64,000 nt of DNA, from IMG/VR virus record IMGVR_UViG_3300037423_001503; one strand, written 5' to 3'. Origin of the DNA: a virus. Shown one piece after another: positions 26,306-35,213 of this stretch. Position 1 is the stretch's first letter. Each line of letters opens with the position of its first letter. Both the position numbers and the translations under genes were made by a program. The notes beneath the pieces are model-generated. The model saw only the letters and a program-made list of their open reading frames with translations, was not told the origin of the DNA and searched no databases.

Positions 26306-26856
26306 GCGGGCTCCCACTCCGGCAACGAAACGCAGGCCGGGTCTGGGACCTGACCGGCGTCCACGGATCACCGACGCGGATGCGTCTCGCCAATGGCCAT
26401 GGTCCGCAGTTGCCGCGGGCAGAGGAGCGGATCACCGTGGTCGAGGTTGGCTCTTGGCGGGCCGTCTGGGTGGCGCTGCGCGCCGTCGTTTCGGGCCAGG
26501 ACAGCCAGGCCGGAGGGCGAGCGATGAAGGTGTTGGCAGGCCGCTTGAGCGACGCGGATCGCAGGATCATCTTCGAATCGAACGAGTCGGGGCGGCCCGT
26601 CCTGATCGCGACGCTCGACGCCACGGTGACCTACGACCAGCGGCGCCCGACGCCGTACGACGTAGCCCCGATGCAGGCAGTCGGCGTGGCGAAGACCTGG
26701 GATCACGGCTACGTCGAGCTTGGCGGCTGGTCGTTCACGACGCGCATCCCATGGACGTCGATCGTTGCCGTGTGGTGGCGGGATGAGGCGCCCAGCGCAC
26801 CGGACGTCGCCGCCCGGATCGCCGAGTTCCAATCGGACACGTTGGCCGAAAAGTGA
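26302..26856 (+). CDS. Hypothetical protein (true start may be 26523)
   Basis: GTGA overlap; internal GGAGGG-ATG. Confidence 0.55.
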   Translation: MSGLPLRQRNAGRVWDLTGVHGSPTRMRLANGHGPQLPRAEERITVVEVGSWRAVWVALRAVVSGQDSQAGGRAMKVLAGRLSDADRRIIFESNESGRPVLIATLDATVTYDQRRPTPYDVAPMQAVGVAKTWDHGYVELGGWSFTTRIPWTSIVAVWWRDEAPSAPDVAARIAEFQSDTLAEK

Positions 26857-26863
26857 GCGCTAC

Positions 26864-27025
26864 ATGATCTGGGTAGCCGTCACGGCGCTGGCGTGCCACA
26901 ACGCCTATCTGCTTAGGAAAATTCACCAATCAAATCTACGGATCGACACAACCTGGGACGCGTGGCGATCCGACATCCCGTTGCTCAGGCGGCGCGTTGC
27001 GCGGCTGATTCGCAAGGAGGGCTAA
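26864..27025 (+). CDS. Small membrane-associated protein
   Basis: Hydrophobic N-terminus. Confidence 0.5.
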   Translation: MIWVAVTALACHNAYLLRKIHQSNLRIDTTWDAWRSDIPLLRRRVARLIRKEG

Positions 27026-27029
27026 ACCT

Positions 27030-27293
27030 GTGCATGACAGACGCTGGAATTCCACCACAGTCACTGTGACGCTCTACTGGGACGGCTTCACCGACCACGA
27101 CATTGAGGTACTCGAAGATCTCGACTTCGCGGTCCTCAAGGAGGGCAAGTATTTGGTTCTAGAGCGCACCGTGAACGGAAACTGCGACGCAGTCGCCAAC
27201 GCCGGCATGGTCCTGCGCGACGTCGAAGACGCGCTCGTAGATCTCTATCTCAGCGTCTTTGATGTGTCGGTCGTGTCGAGAAAGGGCGCGTGA
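27030..27293 (+). CDS. Hypothetical protein
   Basis: AAGGAGG RBS. Confidence 0.7.
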   Translation: MHDRRWNSTTVTVTLYWDGFTDHDIEVLEDLDFAVLKEGKYLVLERTVNGNCDAVANAGMVLRDVEDALVDLYLSVFDVSVVSRKGA

Positions 27294-27378
27294 TGGTCTT
27301 CGTTGCGTTGGTTTTGGTAGTGCTCTTTGTTGCCCTCTTCTGCGGACTGCTTGTCGCGATGATCGATCGGATGTCGTG

Positions 27379-28059
27379 ATGCTTCCCGACGACCTCATCG
27401 AGCGCCTTCGATCCGGCGATGACCCGCTCCACATGGCGAAGAAGCTGCTTCGCGCGGGGCATGATCTCGGGCAGCACACCAAGAGCGTCGCCAACTGCCA
27501 CGTCATCGGTCTCGACTCGATCGTGCTCTTCGATTTCGGCGAACACGGCATGATCCGCTACTACGACTACTCGATGCTCGACGGGTCGCTCAGCAGCCTC
27601 TACAACGAGGACGGTGGCTTCACGATCGGTGTGCACAACCACCGCTACGAGATCGCCAAGATCCCCCTCATCGGTAGCTACGCCAACGTCGTAACTGCGA
27701 TCGACGAGACCGATGGACGCGGCCGGATGCTGCTACACGAGTACGAGTTCTCGTCCGGCATCGGAGGCGAGCTAGGGGTCACGTATCGCGACGCACGCCT
27801 GATGCGGCCCTTCGATGTCGAGGTCATGATGCCCGGCTCGTCGGTAATCATGCAGCCCGAGGATCTCCACACCGTTGTCGTGCCGCGCCGTCAGCGCGCC
27901 GCTTGGATGGTGATCGAGGGCTCGCGACGCGATGACATCACGCCGCTGCTGTACTCGCCGACCCGGGACCTTGTCCTCAACTCAGATCATCTCTACCAAC
28001 CCATTGCCGGGCGCGCCAAGTCGGCGATCGGCAAGCTCATTGAGGAGCTATCCGAGTGA
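27379..28059 (+). CDS. Cupin-fold-like protein
   Basis: VHNHRY...MQPEDLHTV metal-binding pattern. Confidence 0.6.
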   Translation: MLPDDLIERLRSGDDPLHMAKKLLRAGHDLGQHTKSVANCHVIGLDSIVLFDFGEHGMIRYYDYSMLDGSLSSLYNEDGGFTIGVHNHRYEIAKIPLIGSYANVVTAIDETDGRGRMLLHEYEFSSGIGGELGVTYRDARLMRPFDVEVMMPGSSVIMQPEDLHTVVVPRRQRAAWMVIEGSRRDDITPLLYSPTRDLVLNSDHLYQPIAGRAKSAIGKLIEELSE

Positions 28060-28433
28060 CGCTCAGCGAGCACGTCTACACATTACGGCGCATCGTCTAT
28101 CTGCTCATCCTGCTGCTGCCAACACCGCCGTCAATCATTTGGGGCAATTGGGGTAACGGTGATCTTCTCGTGATGGTAGCGTTGGTTTGCGGGATTATCG
28201 CGTTAGCGCTCTCAGGCCCACTGATCATGGAGACCTGTGATTTCTACGACCACGACCGCGCTCGCGCCATCGCCTCGCGTGGTCGTCGCTACAGTCGCGG
28301 GCGCGTCGTTGCTATCCCTGATCAAGACACCGTCAGGGTTGAACTCATCGAGCCCGATGCGGGGGACAGGACGCGCCTGGTTGTGGCCGCTGTATCTGAA
28401 ACCAGGACACTATACGCCCAACCACAACTATAG
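28056..28433 (+). CDS. Two-TM membrane protein (may continue by frameshift to 28572)
   Basis: Two hydrophobic helices; an alternative frame stays open to 28572. Confidence 0.55.
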   Translation: MTLSEHVYTLRRIVYLLILLLPTPPSIIWGNWGNGDLLVMVALVCGIIALALSGPLIMETCDFYDHDRARAIASRGRRYSRGRVVAIPDQDTVRVELIEPDAGDRTRLVVAAVSETRTLYAQPQL

Positions 28434-28568
28434 GATCTTCCGCACCGACGTCGAAGGTCAGGACGACGCTGCACTTGAGTACGCGACGGAGCTTCGTCAA
28501 CAACTGCTGGCGCGTAACGCGCGGCCGGCACCCGAAGCACGAGCGCTAGCAAAGACCATCAACCGCGG

Positions 28569-28597
28569 TTGACAGCAACCGACGAATCTGGGACAAT
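28569..28597 (+). promoter_or_regulatory. SigA-type promoter (leaderless)
   Basis: TTGACA-N17-GACAAT (TGn extended)-N7-ATG. Confidence 0.65.
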
Positions 28598-28604
28598 ACA
28601 CCGA

Positions 28605-28979
28605 ATGACTACAACGAAGACTCCCGTCGATCTCTGGGTCGAAGCCCTTGAGAGCGGCGAGTTCCAGCAAACCACCGGCGTCCTCACCAATAAGGACGAC
28701 AAGGACTGCTGTCTCGGCGTGGCCTGCAAGGTCTACCAGCGCGAAGTTGGCGGCCTCACGCTCTCCAACGACGAATACGGATCAGTGCTCTACGATGGCC
28801 AAATCGGCACACTCCCAGCGGCTGTTCGTGACTGGCTCGGACTCGCGTCCGAGGATGGCGAATACGATGATGCCGGCTACTCACAGACCCTGGCCGGCGA
28901 CAACGACGACCGAGGCCACGATCTCCTTGAGATCGCCGCAACCGTCCGCAGCCGTCCGAAGGGGCTCTTCCGTGACTGA
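28605..28979 (+). CDS. Conserved phage protein
   Basis: WVEALESGEFQQ..G.L...CCLGVAC signature. Confidence 0.8.
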   Translation: MTTTKTPVDLWVEALESGEFQQTTGVLTNKDDKDCCLGVACKVYQREVGGLTLSNDEYGSVLYDGQIGTLPAAVRDWLGLASEDGEYDDAGYSQTLAGDNDDRGHDLLEIAATVRSRPKGLFRD

Positions 28980-29577
28980 AGCGCTGCTGGACCTGACGGA
29001 GTTCAACTTCGTTCCGTGGCCGAAGATCGCGCGCCTGAATCGCGAGACCATCATCACGGAGAAGATCGATGGCACGAACGCGGCAATCCAGATTCTCGAT
29101 GATGGCCGCGTTGGTGCGCAATCACGGAAGCGCCTCATCACTCCTGAGTCGGACAACTTCGGCTTCGCCCGCTGGGTGATGGAGCACGCAGACGAGCTTC
29201 GTGACGGCCTCGGTCCGGGCGTGCATTTCGGTGAGTGGTGGGGCTCAGGTATCCAGCGCGGATACGGACTCCAGAGCGGTGAGAAGCGCTTCTCGCTCTT
29301 CAACACCTCGCGGTGGAGCGCCGACAACACACCCAATTGCGTCTCGGTCGTCCCGGTGTTGAAGACGCTCGATCGCCTCGACGCCGTTGCTGTCGATGAT
29401 GTCGTTCAGTTCCTGCGCGTCAACGGATCGGTCGCAGCGCCGGGATTCATGAACCCAGAGGGGGTTGTGGCCTTCCACGTCCCGGGCCGCACGTTCTACA
29501 AGGTGCTACTAGAGAACGACAACATCCCCAAGGGAGCGGACTCGAACACCGACTACTCGACCGAGGTGCCGCAGTGA
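28972..29577 (+). CDS. RNA ligase (Rnl2-like nucleotidyltransferase domain)
   Basis: Motif I ITEKIDGTNA, QSR, FGEWWG.GIQ, PEGVV, final K. Confidence 0.85.
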   Translation: MTEALLDLTEFNFVPWPKIARLNRETIITEKIDGTNAAIQILDDGRVGAQSRKRLITPESDNFGFARWVMEHADELRDGLGPGVHFGEWWGSGIQRGYGLQSGEKRFSLFNTSRWSADNTPNCVSVVPVLKTLDRLDAVAVDDVVQFLRVNGSVAAPGFMNPEGVVAFHVPGRTFYKVLLENDNIPKGADSNTDYSTEVPQ

Positions 29578-29650
29578 GTGACGGTGCGGCGGCGGCAGGG
29601 TTCGTTGTCATCTTCGCGATCATTGCTACCTTGCTGGCGGTGACGAACCT

Positions 29651-29914
29651 GTGAGCGACAACTCCGACCCTGAGGTCATCCACGCTGCGAAGATCGCCCG
29701 CGCGTGGGTGCGGAGCGAGAACGCACGACGCGAAGTCAACGAGGCCGACGCCGCGCTAGCTGAGTTGTCCACCTGGCTGGACAGAAAGAAGTTCCTCGCG
29801 TACACGGACGGACGGCCCCTGGTCGTGAATCTCGGCGGCGGTCGCTACGTGGCTGTCTCGATCCCCAACGACACCAACAACTTCAAGTTCGAGGAGGTAG
29901 CCGTCGTTGCCTGA
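29651..29914 (+). CDS. Hypothetical protein
   Basis: ORF in operon. Confidence 0.7.
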   Translation: MSDNSDPEVIHAAKIARAWVRSENARREVNEADAALAELSTWLDRKKFLAYTDGRPLVVNLGGGRYVAVSIPNDTNNFKFEEVAVVA

Positions 29915-30203
29915 CGTGTCCGTGGAGGTCATCATCCCCCACGCTGGCCAGGCGCTTGGGGTTGTCTACGACGCCAAGGCCGGCGTGCGGCTTTTGCTTC
30001 AACGCGGCGGCGGCTATTGGCAGGCCGTGGCCGGGCTCAAGAACGCCAGCGACGACATCATGTCGATTCCGGGCGGATTCTCGCTCGACCCGGCGATCGA
30101 GCGGCGTCTCGACGACGCCTTGAACGCCGTTCACGATGAGGTCGAGGTGCGCGGTGCCGGCATCGCGTTGTCGACGACGCGGATGGAGATCGTGACGGCG
30201 TGA
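29907..30203 (+). CDS. Hypothetical protein
   Basis: GGAGG RBS, TTG start. Confidence 0.7.
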   Translation: MPDVSVEVIIPHAGQALGVVYDAKAGVRLLLQRGGGYWQAVAGLKNASDDIMSIPGGFSLDPAIERRLDDALNAVHDEVEVRGAGIALSTTRMEIVTA

Positions 30204-30445
30204 GCGCGCGCGCACAACGCTCGCCGGCTTACGAGGCGCGCGTAGCTGAAATGCCCGCCGAGGAGGCGCGCGAAGAGGTTCTGCGCCTTTACGATAAGCT
30301 GCTGCGCTATCGAACGCGGGCCGAGCGCGCCGAGGACCGCTACCTGCGACTCGCGCCGCACGTACACGCGATGGCCTACGCGATCGGCATCACTGACGTT
30401 CCTCAGCGAGACGATGCCATTCAGATCTACCCAGGATCCTACTAA
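30200..30445 (+). CDS. Hypothetical protein
   Basis: GTGA overlap. Confidence 0.7.
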   Translation: MSARAQRSPAYEARVAEMPAEEAREEVLRLYDKLLRYRTRAERAEDRYLRLAPHVHAMAYAIGITDVPQRDDAIQIYPGSY

Positions 30446-30454
30446 GGAGAATAG

Positions 30455-30853
30455 TTGAGCGACACCGTGACCCTTTTCTGCGAGGAGGGCCAACACAGTT
30501 GGGAGCGCGAACGCAGACGCGGAAAGGCACCCAAGAACTGTCCTGATCACAAGCCGAGCCGCGCGAAGCTTTCGCCGGAGGAGGCGCAGCGCCGTCGCCA
30601 GGAAGGCCGCGCGCGCGCGAAGGCAGAGCGTGACGTCGCAGGCATCGAACGAGTACTCGTGTTCTCCGAGTACCTGAAGCGTGACGCCGAACTCTTCGCC
30701 GCCTTCGAGGGCGGCTTCATCGAACGCCACGAATACATCCGGCGTCGCGGCCCAATGCCGATCATGCCGAGCAGCCCGGACTACGCCGCCGCCCGCGAGG
30801 CCGGCGTCTATCGCGGAGCAGGAGCAGAGGACAATGAACTCATCGCAGCGTAG
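30455..30853 (+). CDS. Hypothetical protein with C..H/CP.H motif
   Basis: AAGGAG RBS, TTG start. Confidence 0.75.
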   Translation: MSDTVTLFCEEGQHSWERERRRGKAPKNCPDHKPSRAKLSPEEAQRRRQEGRARAKAERDVAGIERVLVFSEYLKRDAELFAAFEGGFIERHEYIRRRGPMPIMPSSPDYAAAREAGVYRGAGAEDNELIAA

Positions 30854-31046
30854 CCTAAAGATCAGGCGGCCAACGCGGAGGTTCGACATCCTGCCCTCGA
30901 TGTACGGATTCGAGGTCATCGACAAGGACGGCCGGACGGTCGCCGAAACCGAAACCCGCGAGGCCGCCGAGATCCTATGCTTGGACCTCGACTCGGCTGC
31001 GTTCGTGGGGCGTGAGGCGCTCGCCGATACGATCGCCCGGCTCTAG
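30834..31046 (+). CDS. Hypothetical protein
   Basis: GAGGA RBS. Confidence 0.7.
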   Translation: MNSSQRSLKIRRPTRRFDILPSMYGFEVIDKDGRTVAETETREAAEILCLDLDSAAFVGREALADTIARL

Positions 31047-31390
31047 CGATACCCCCTAGGGGTACCCCAAGCAACTGAGCCAAATCTGAGCGATTCAAGT
31101 GGGTCGCTTCCTCGAAACCCAAGGCGTAGAGCCAAGAATTCGAGGGCGGGGGTATCGAAATCGTCGGATTTGTTTTTCAAGTGGTCCGAAGGTGCCTAAA
31201 AAATTTGGCTCTAGAATGCGGCGATTGGCCACTTGAGTCCTGGGGACCCTATAGAGGGGTCCCAGGACGTGGTGAGAGCCGGGCAGCGCGACGCTGTAAT
31301 TCGATTTCACGGCCCGACGCCACATACCCACTCGCGACGCTTCGGATCAATTTAGACGGCCCGTGCGTGGCCGTAGACGACGAGTAAAGG
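31047..31390. other. Non-coding, lower-GC region dense in inverted repeats
   Basis: CGATACCCCC/GGGGGTATCG, TAGAGCCAA/TTGGCTCTA, TCAAGTGG/CCACTTGA, GTCCTGGGGACCCT/AGGGGTCCCAGGAC. Confidence 0.6.
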
Positions 31391-31395
31391 ACTAC

Positions 31396-31704
31396 ATGCA
31401 GACCCCGACGTACACGATCCCCCGCGGCGGCGTCGTCGCCATGATCTCCGAGGCCGCACACACGGCCGGCGTTACCGACAAGCAGTACGGCCGCCTGCTA
31501 GAGGTGGCGCAGGCCGGCGAGCGCTTCATGGTCGGCAACTTCCACGACGTCTGCGACTGCCCGTGGCAGCAAGCGTTCGGCCGTGCGAGGGGCGGCGGAG
31601 ACTTCGCCACTGCGTTCGATGGTCTCGCCGACTCCTACATCGTGAGCCGTCTCGGCAGGCCGAGACAGGCGTTTGCGGTCCTCAAGGTGGCCGCCGATGC
31701 CTAA
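31396..31704 (+). CDS. Hypothetical protein
   Basis: AAAGGA RBS. Confidence 0.75.
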   Translation: MQTPTYTIPRGGVVAMISEAAHTAGVTDKQYGRLLEVAQAGERFMVGNFHDVCDCPWQQAFGRARGGGDFATAFDGLADSYIVSRLGRPRQAFAVLKVAADA

Positions 31705-32434
31705 GATCCTCGCAACCGCAGATCTACACGGCTCTCTCCCTGAGATCGACGACTGCGACGTTCTCATCATCGCGGGCGACGTCTGTCCCGATCACCCGAT
31801 CGGCAAGAAGGAGCGCTACAACCTCCACGACAATGGCTCGGACTTCCAGCTTGAGTGGCTGGACACGACGTTCCGCAACTGGCTGGTTGGGCTCGTCGAC
31901 CGCGGCATTCGCGTTATCGGCATCGCCGGCAACCATGACTTTGTCTTCGAGCGTATGTCGGCTGCGGTGGATGCGCTGTATCTACCGTGGACGTACCTGA
32001 AGGATTCCGGTACCGGCATCGGCGACCTCTCCGTCTGGGGCACGCCGTGGGTTCCGGGTCTACCGCGATGGGCGTTCCACGGCACCGAGAGCGCGTTGGA
32101 GGTACGCGCCGACTCGATCCCGCCCGACGTGGACATCCTGATCTCACACGGACCGCCCTATGGGTTATTGGACTTCGTCGCTCCGCAGTTCGGCTCTCTC
32201 AATGTTGGCGATCGGACCTTGCGCGATCGGCTTGAGCGTGGTAGCCTGCGGCCCCGCGTCATGGTCTGCGGACACATCCACGAGCAGTACGGCGTCCACG
32301 TCGTTCGGCATCCATCCTATGAGTTCACGACGACGATCATGAACGTATCCCACAACACTGAGAACTACGAGCCCATCAACGCCCCGATGGAGATCGTCGA
32401 GTTCTCATACCTCGAACAGGAGAAAGCAGCTTGA
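31697..32434 (+). CDS. Calcineurin-like metallophosphoesterase (MPPED/Icc-type)
   Basis: DLHG, AGD, GNHD, SHGPP, GHIHE motifs. Confidence 0.9.
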   Translation: MPKILATADLHGSLPEIDDCDVLIIAGDVCPDHPIGKKERYNLHDNGSDFQLEWLDTTFRNWLVGLVDRGIRVIGIAGNHDFVFERMSAAVDALYLPWTYLKDSGTGIGDLSVWGTPWVPGLPRWAFHGTESALEVRADSIPPDVDILISHGPPYGLLDFVAPQFGSLNVGDRTLRDRLERGSLRPRVMVCGHIHEQYGVHVVRHPSYEFTTTIMNVSHNTENYEPINAPMEIVEFSYLEQEKAA

Positions 32435-32874
32435 CCGTCATCAAATGGTCCCCACCGATCTTCCCTAGTAACAACACGCTCACCGTCAAGCCGGCACCGA
32501 ACGATGAGTGCCTCTTCGATCTCAGGGCGTCCGGACACGCCTACTCGAACCTCACCGCATCCGCAGCGGCCGAGATCATCGAGGCGCTCAACGAGGTCTT
32601 CCCTGAGATCAGCGACCCCAACTACTACGTGACCCTGTACTGGCGTGACAGCCACAGGGCGGGCGTCAAGGCCGGCCAACAGGACGACATGTGCCTCGGA
32701 CCCGACTATGCGTCGCATGAAGAAGCCGCGCTTGCGCGGCTGAAGCGACTCGCCTTCGTCGAGGATGGACACTTCACACGTCTCGAAGTCAAGCATCGAG
32801 GACTCGTGAAGGTGTTCAATAACGTCTCGCGCCGGCCCGACTATGTCTACGCGGTCGAGGAGGTAGCAGCATGA
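32431..32874 (+). CDS. Hypothetical protein
   Basis: TTGA overlap. Confidence 0.7.
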   Translation: MTVIKWSPPIFPSNNTLTVKPAPNDECLFDLRASGHAYSNLTASAAAEIIEALNEVFPEISDPNYYVTLYWRDSHRAGVKAGQQDDMCLGPDYASHEEAALARLKRLAFVEDGHFTRLEVKHRGLVKVFNNVSRRPDYVYAVEEVAA

Positions 32875-33323
32875 GCAGCTACGACGACTGGGGTCGCAGC
32901 CCCAGCCGAGACACACGGCGCGGCCTCGGCTACCTGCTCGCATGGGCTGTCGGCATCACTCTCATCGTGGGTGTGATCTCGGTCGGCGTGTGGGCGTTCG
33001 GCGTCAAGACCTCTGACATCAAGGGCCGCGGTGACGCCACCAAGATCCACAACTCGGCCACTAACCGCATCTTCGCGCAGCAGCACTTCGAGGACATGTA
33101 CGCCGAGATCAACGATCGCGACGTGCCGAACCTGAAGTCCGCTCGGGCGGCGCTGAAGCAGGCCCCTCACGATCAGGCGCGTCAGATAAACGTGACCGGC
33201 GTCCAGCAGATCTGCAACCAGGACGTCGCCGACTACAACGCCGCCGCGCGCAAGTTCCTTGAGCGCGACTTCAAGGCAGCCGATCTGCCGGCCCGCATCG
33301 ATCCCATCACCACCTGCGAGTAA
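32871..33323 (+). CDS. Membrane-anchored extracytoplasmic protein
   Basis: TM segment; C...VADYNA..RK. Confidence 0.75.
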   Translation: MSSYDDWGRSPSRDTRRGLGYLLAWAVGITLIVGVISVGVWAFGVKTSDIKGRGDATKIHNSATNRIFAQQHFEDMYAEINDRDVPNLKSARAALKQAPHDQARQINVTGVQQICNQDVADYNAAARKFLERDFKAADLPARIDPITTCE

Positions 33324-33335
33324 CGAAAGGACAAT

Positions 33336-33902
33336 ATGTCTAAGATCCGCAACATCCTGAAGTACGCGACCGTCGCAGCGGTCGCCGTGCTCGTCGGCTG
33401 CGGCTTCGCCGCTGTCGCCGAGAAGCCCGGCTACCAGCAGCGCGACGAGGCGGTCTCCGACCGCATCGCCCAGGCGACCGAGTCCGCCATCCCCTACCCG
33501 GAGGCGCAGATGAAGGACTCGCTGGAGCGCCACCAGCTTCGTGACCGCCTCCTGCGCTTCAACAAGCCCGACAAGATCGGATACTTGTACGTCTTCGAGA
33601 TGGGCTCGCGTGAGCCGGTCGGCTACTACGTCGTCAAGGGCAAGATCTCGTCCGTTCAGTCTCAGATGACAAACCCGACGCAGACCTGGAACCACAATTG
33701 CTCGTCCGGTCAGGGCGCGTGCGCCTATCTGGGAGCAGCAGAGTCGATCGGTGACGACGGATCCTTCGGTCCCAACGAAGGCGGCGACCGAGGCGTCTTC
33801 TTCTTCGACTCCAAGGGCGCGCTGCACGAGACGGTCCAGGACTGGCACTACTCGGACGCCCCGATCGAGGTCTGGAAGGACGCCCCCAACCTGGGCTCGT
33901 GA
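33336..33902 (+). CDS. Secreted/lipoprotein-like conserved phage protein
   Basis: Signal segment; SLER..L, GYY.VKGK.SS, DGSFG.NE...FFF. Confidence 0.8.
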   Translation: MSKIRNILKYATVAAVAVLVGCGFAAVAEKPGYQQRDEAVSDRIAQATESAIPYPEAQMKDSLERHQLRDRLLRFNKPDKIGYLYVFEMGSREPVGYYVVKGKISSVQSQMTNPTQTWNHNCSSGQGACAYLGAAESIGDDGSFGPNEGGDRGVFFFDSKGALHETVQDWHYSDAPIEVWKDAPNLGS

Positions 33903-34156
33903 TGACGGAGTACAACGTCTACATCATCAACTACGCGCACGACAAGGAGTCGTTCACGCGTGTCAGACGCGTCTCCGGATCGCCATTTGAGGCCGCCCGT
34001 GACCGCTGTGACATGCTGACCTCGAACGCGAGCGGATTGAGTCATGCTGATCGATTTCCCGTGTTGGTGACATGGACCTCGGACGGCACGCCGCACGCTG
34101 AGTTGTTCGAACTCAATCGAGTCACCGAGCCCCGCTGGGAAGTCTCGTTGCCGTGA
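33902..34156 (+). CDS. Hypothetical protein
   Basis: TGATG coupling. Confidence 0.7.
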   Translation: MTEYNVYIINYAHDKESFTRVRRVSGSPFEAARDRCDMLTSNASGLSHADRFPVLVTWTSDGTPHAELFELNRVTEPRWEVSLP

Positions 34157-34551
34157 ACCACAACGACCCCTCCGCCGCCGAAGTCATGGCGGCGGAGGAA
34201 CTTCTAGAGCGTTTTTATGGGGAACCAGTTCGTCCTATCGGCGAGGTCTGTAATGTGCTCTTCGAATGGGGCCGGGTGTGCGCCGAGAACCACCAGATCC
34301 TCACTGACTACGAACTCAACTCTCAGGAGTACAGAACCGGCAGGGTCTACGCCGACCACTGGCTGCATCTGGCGTGCCACGCCGCGAAGTCCAACTTCTT
34401 GGCGCGCCGGCTCTACGGACGGGAACAACTACGAACAGTGAGATGCCCTCAGCATGCAGGAAGATGGAGCGGCCTCGATGACGGAACCTGTGAACACGGA
34501 TGTGGAAACACAGGCTGGCTACCAACAGACGGAGCACGTCCTTGCGTATGA
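34153..34551 (+). CDS. Hypothetical protein with Cys/His cluster
   Basis: CPQH.G.WSG...CEHGC..TGWLP. Confidence 0.7.
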   Translation: MNHNDPSAAEVMAAEELLERFYGEPVRPIGEVCNVLFEWGRVCAENHQILTDYELNSQEYRTGRVYADHWLHLACHAAKSNFLARRLYGREQLRTVRCPQHAGRWSGLDDGTCEHGCGNTGWLPTDGARPCV

Positions 34552-34711
34552 GATCTTCGAGCGCTCCGGTCGGGCTGGTCTCGCCGTGTGGATCGCGTCG
34601 GCGGAGGACCCCCTGGAGCGCTCTCGGCGCAAGCACGCGGCCTTCATCTACATGTACGGATACCGAGGCGACGAATTGCGGCGGCTGTTCGCGAGACGTT
34701 TTGAGCAGTGA
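34478..34711 (+). CDS. Hypothetical protein
   Basis: GGAG RBS. Confidence 0.5.
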   Translation: MTEPVNTDVETQAGYQQTEHVLAYEIFERSGRAGLAVWIASAEDPLERSRRKHAAFIYMYGYRGDELRRLFARRFEQ

Positions 34712-34854
34712 CGTCGACTACGGCATCTGCGCCGACAATCGTGAAGTGGCTCCCACCGGCGGTCTACCCGTCCACTTGGACACGCTAACCGAGTGCTTTC
34801 ACTCATCAGTAACGTGGTTTGACAAGAACGGCGTCCAGGTCTACGGAGAACACC

Positions 34855-35079
34855 ATGTCTAATGTTGTGACCACATACGATGACAACCAGATCGAGATCG
34901 ACATTACGGCCGACGAGTGGGCGTTCGTGAACCTAGCCCGCAATCGTGACGGGTCGGTCATCATTCATGTCGACGACGGCGTGTCGGCAGACGAGGCCAG
35001 CGACGCTGAGGTCGTCGTTGACGCAAACTCTGCGCGTGCGATCGAGCGCTGGCTCAAGCAGAGCAGAAAGCAAGCATGA
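34855..35079 (+). CDS. Hypothetical protein
   Basis: GGAG RBS. Confidence 0.7.
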   Translation: MSNVVTTYDDNQIEIDITADEWAFVNLARNRDGSVIIHVDDGVSADEASDAEVVVDANSARAIERWLKQSRKQA

Positions 35080-35213
35080 CCTGCCGACGCTGCCGCGTCA
35101 CTTGGCGTGCGCTCTGGCCGTGGTGTAACGGCCGTTGCCCGCAGCCTCGTCCCGGCGGTCGATGCGGCGAGGAACTTGTTGACAGCCACGGTAAACCCGT
35201 GTAGGCTACCCAG

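Larger units (their letters stand above)
1593..28053 (+). repeat. Dispersed polar motif GAGCTATCC, 20 exact copies
   Basis: Copies start at 1593, 1743, 2041, 2492, 2871, 3068, 3612, 3933, 4578, 5115, 5527, 6760, 8030, 9957, 12176, 13839, 15480, 17191, 23826, 28045. Confidence 0.9.
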
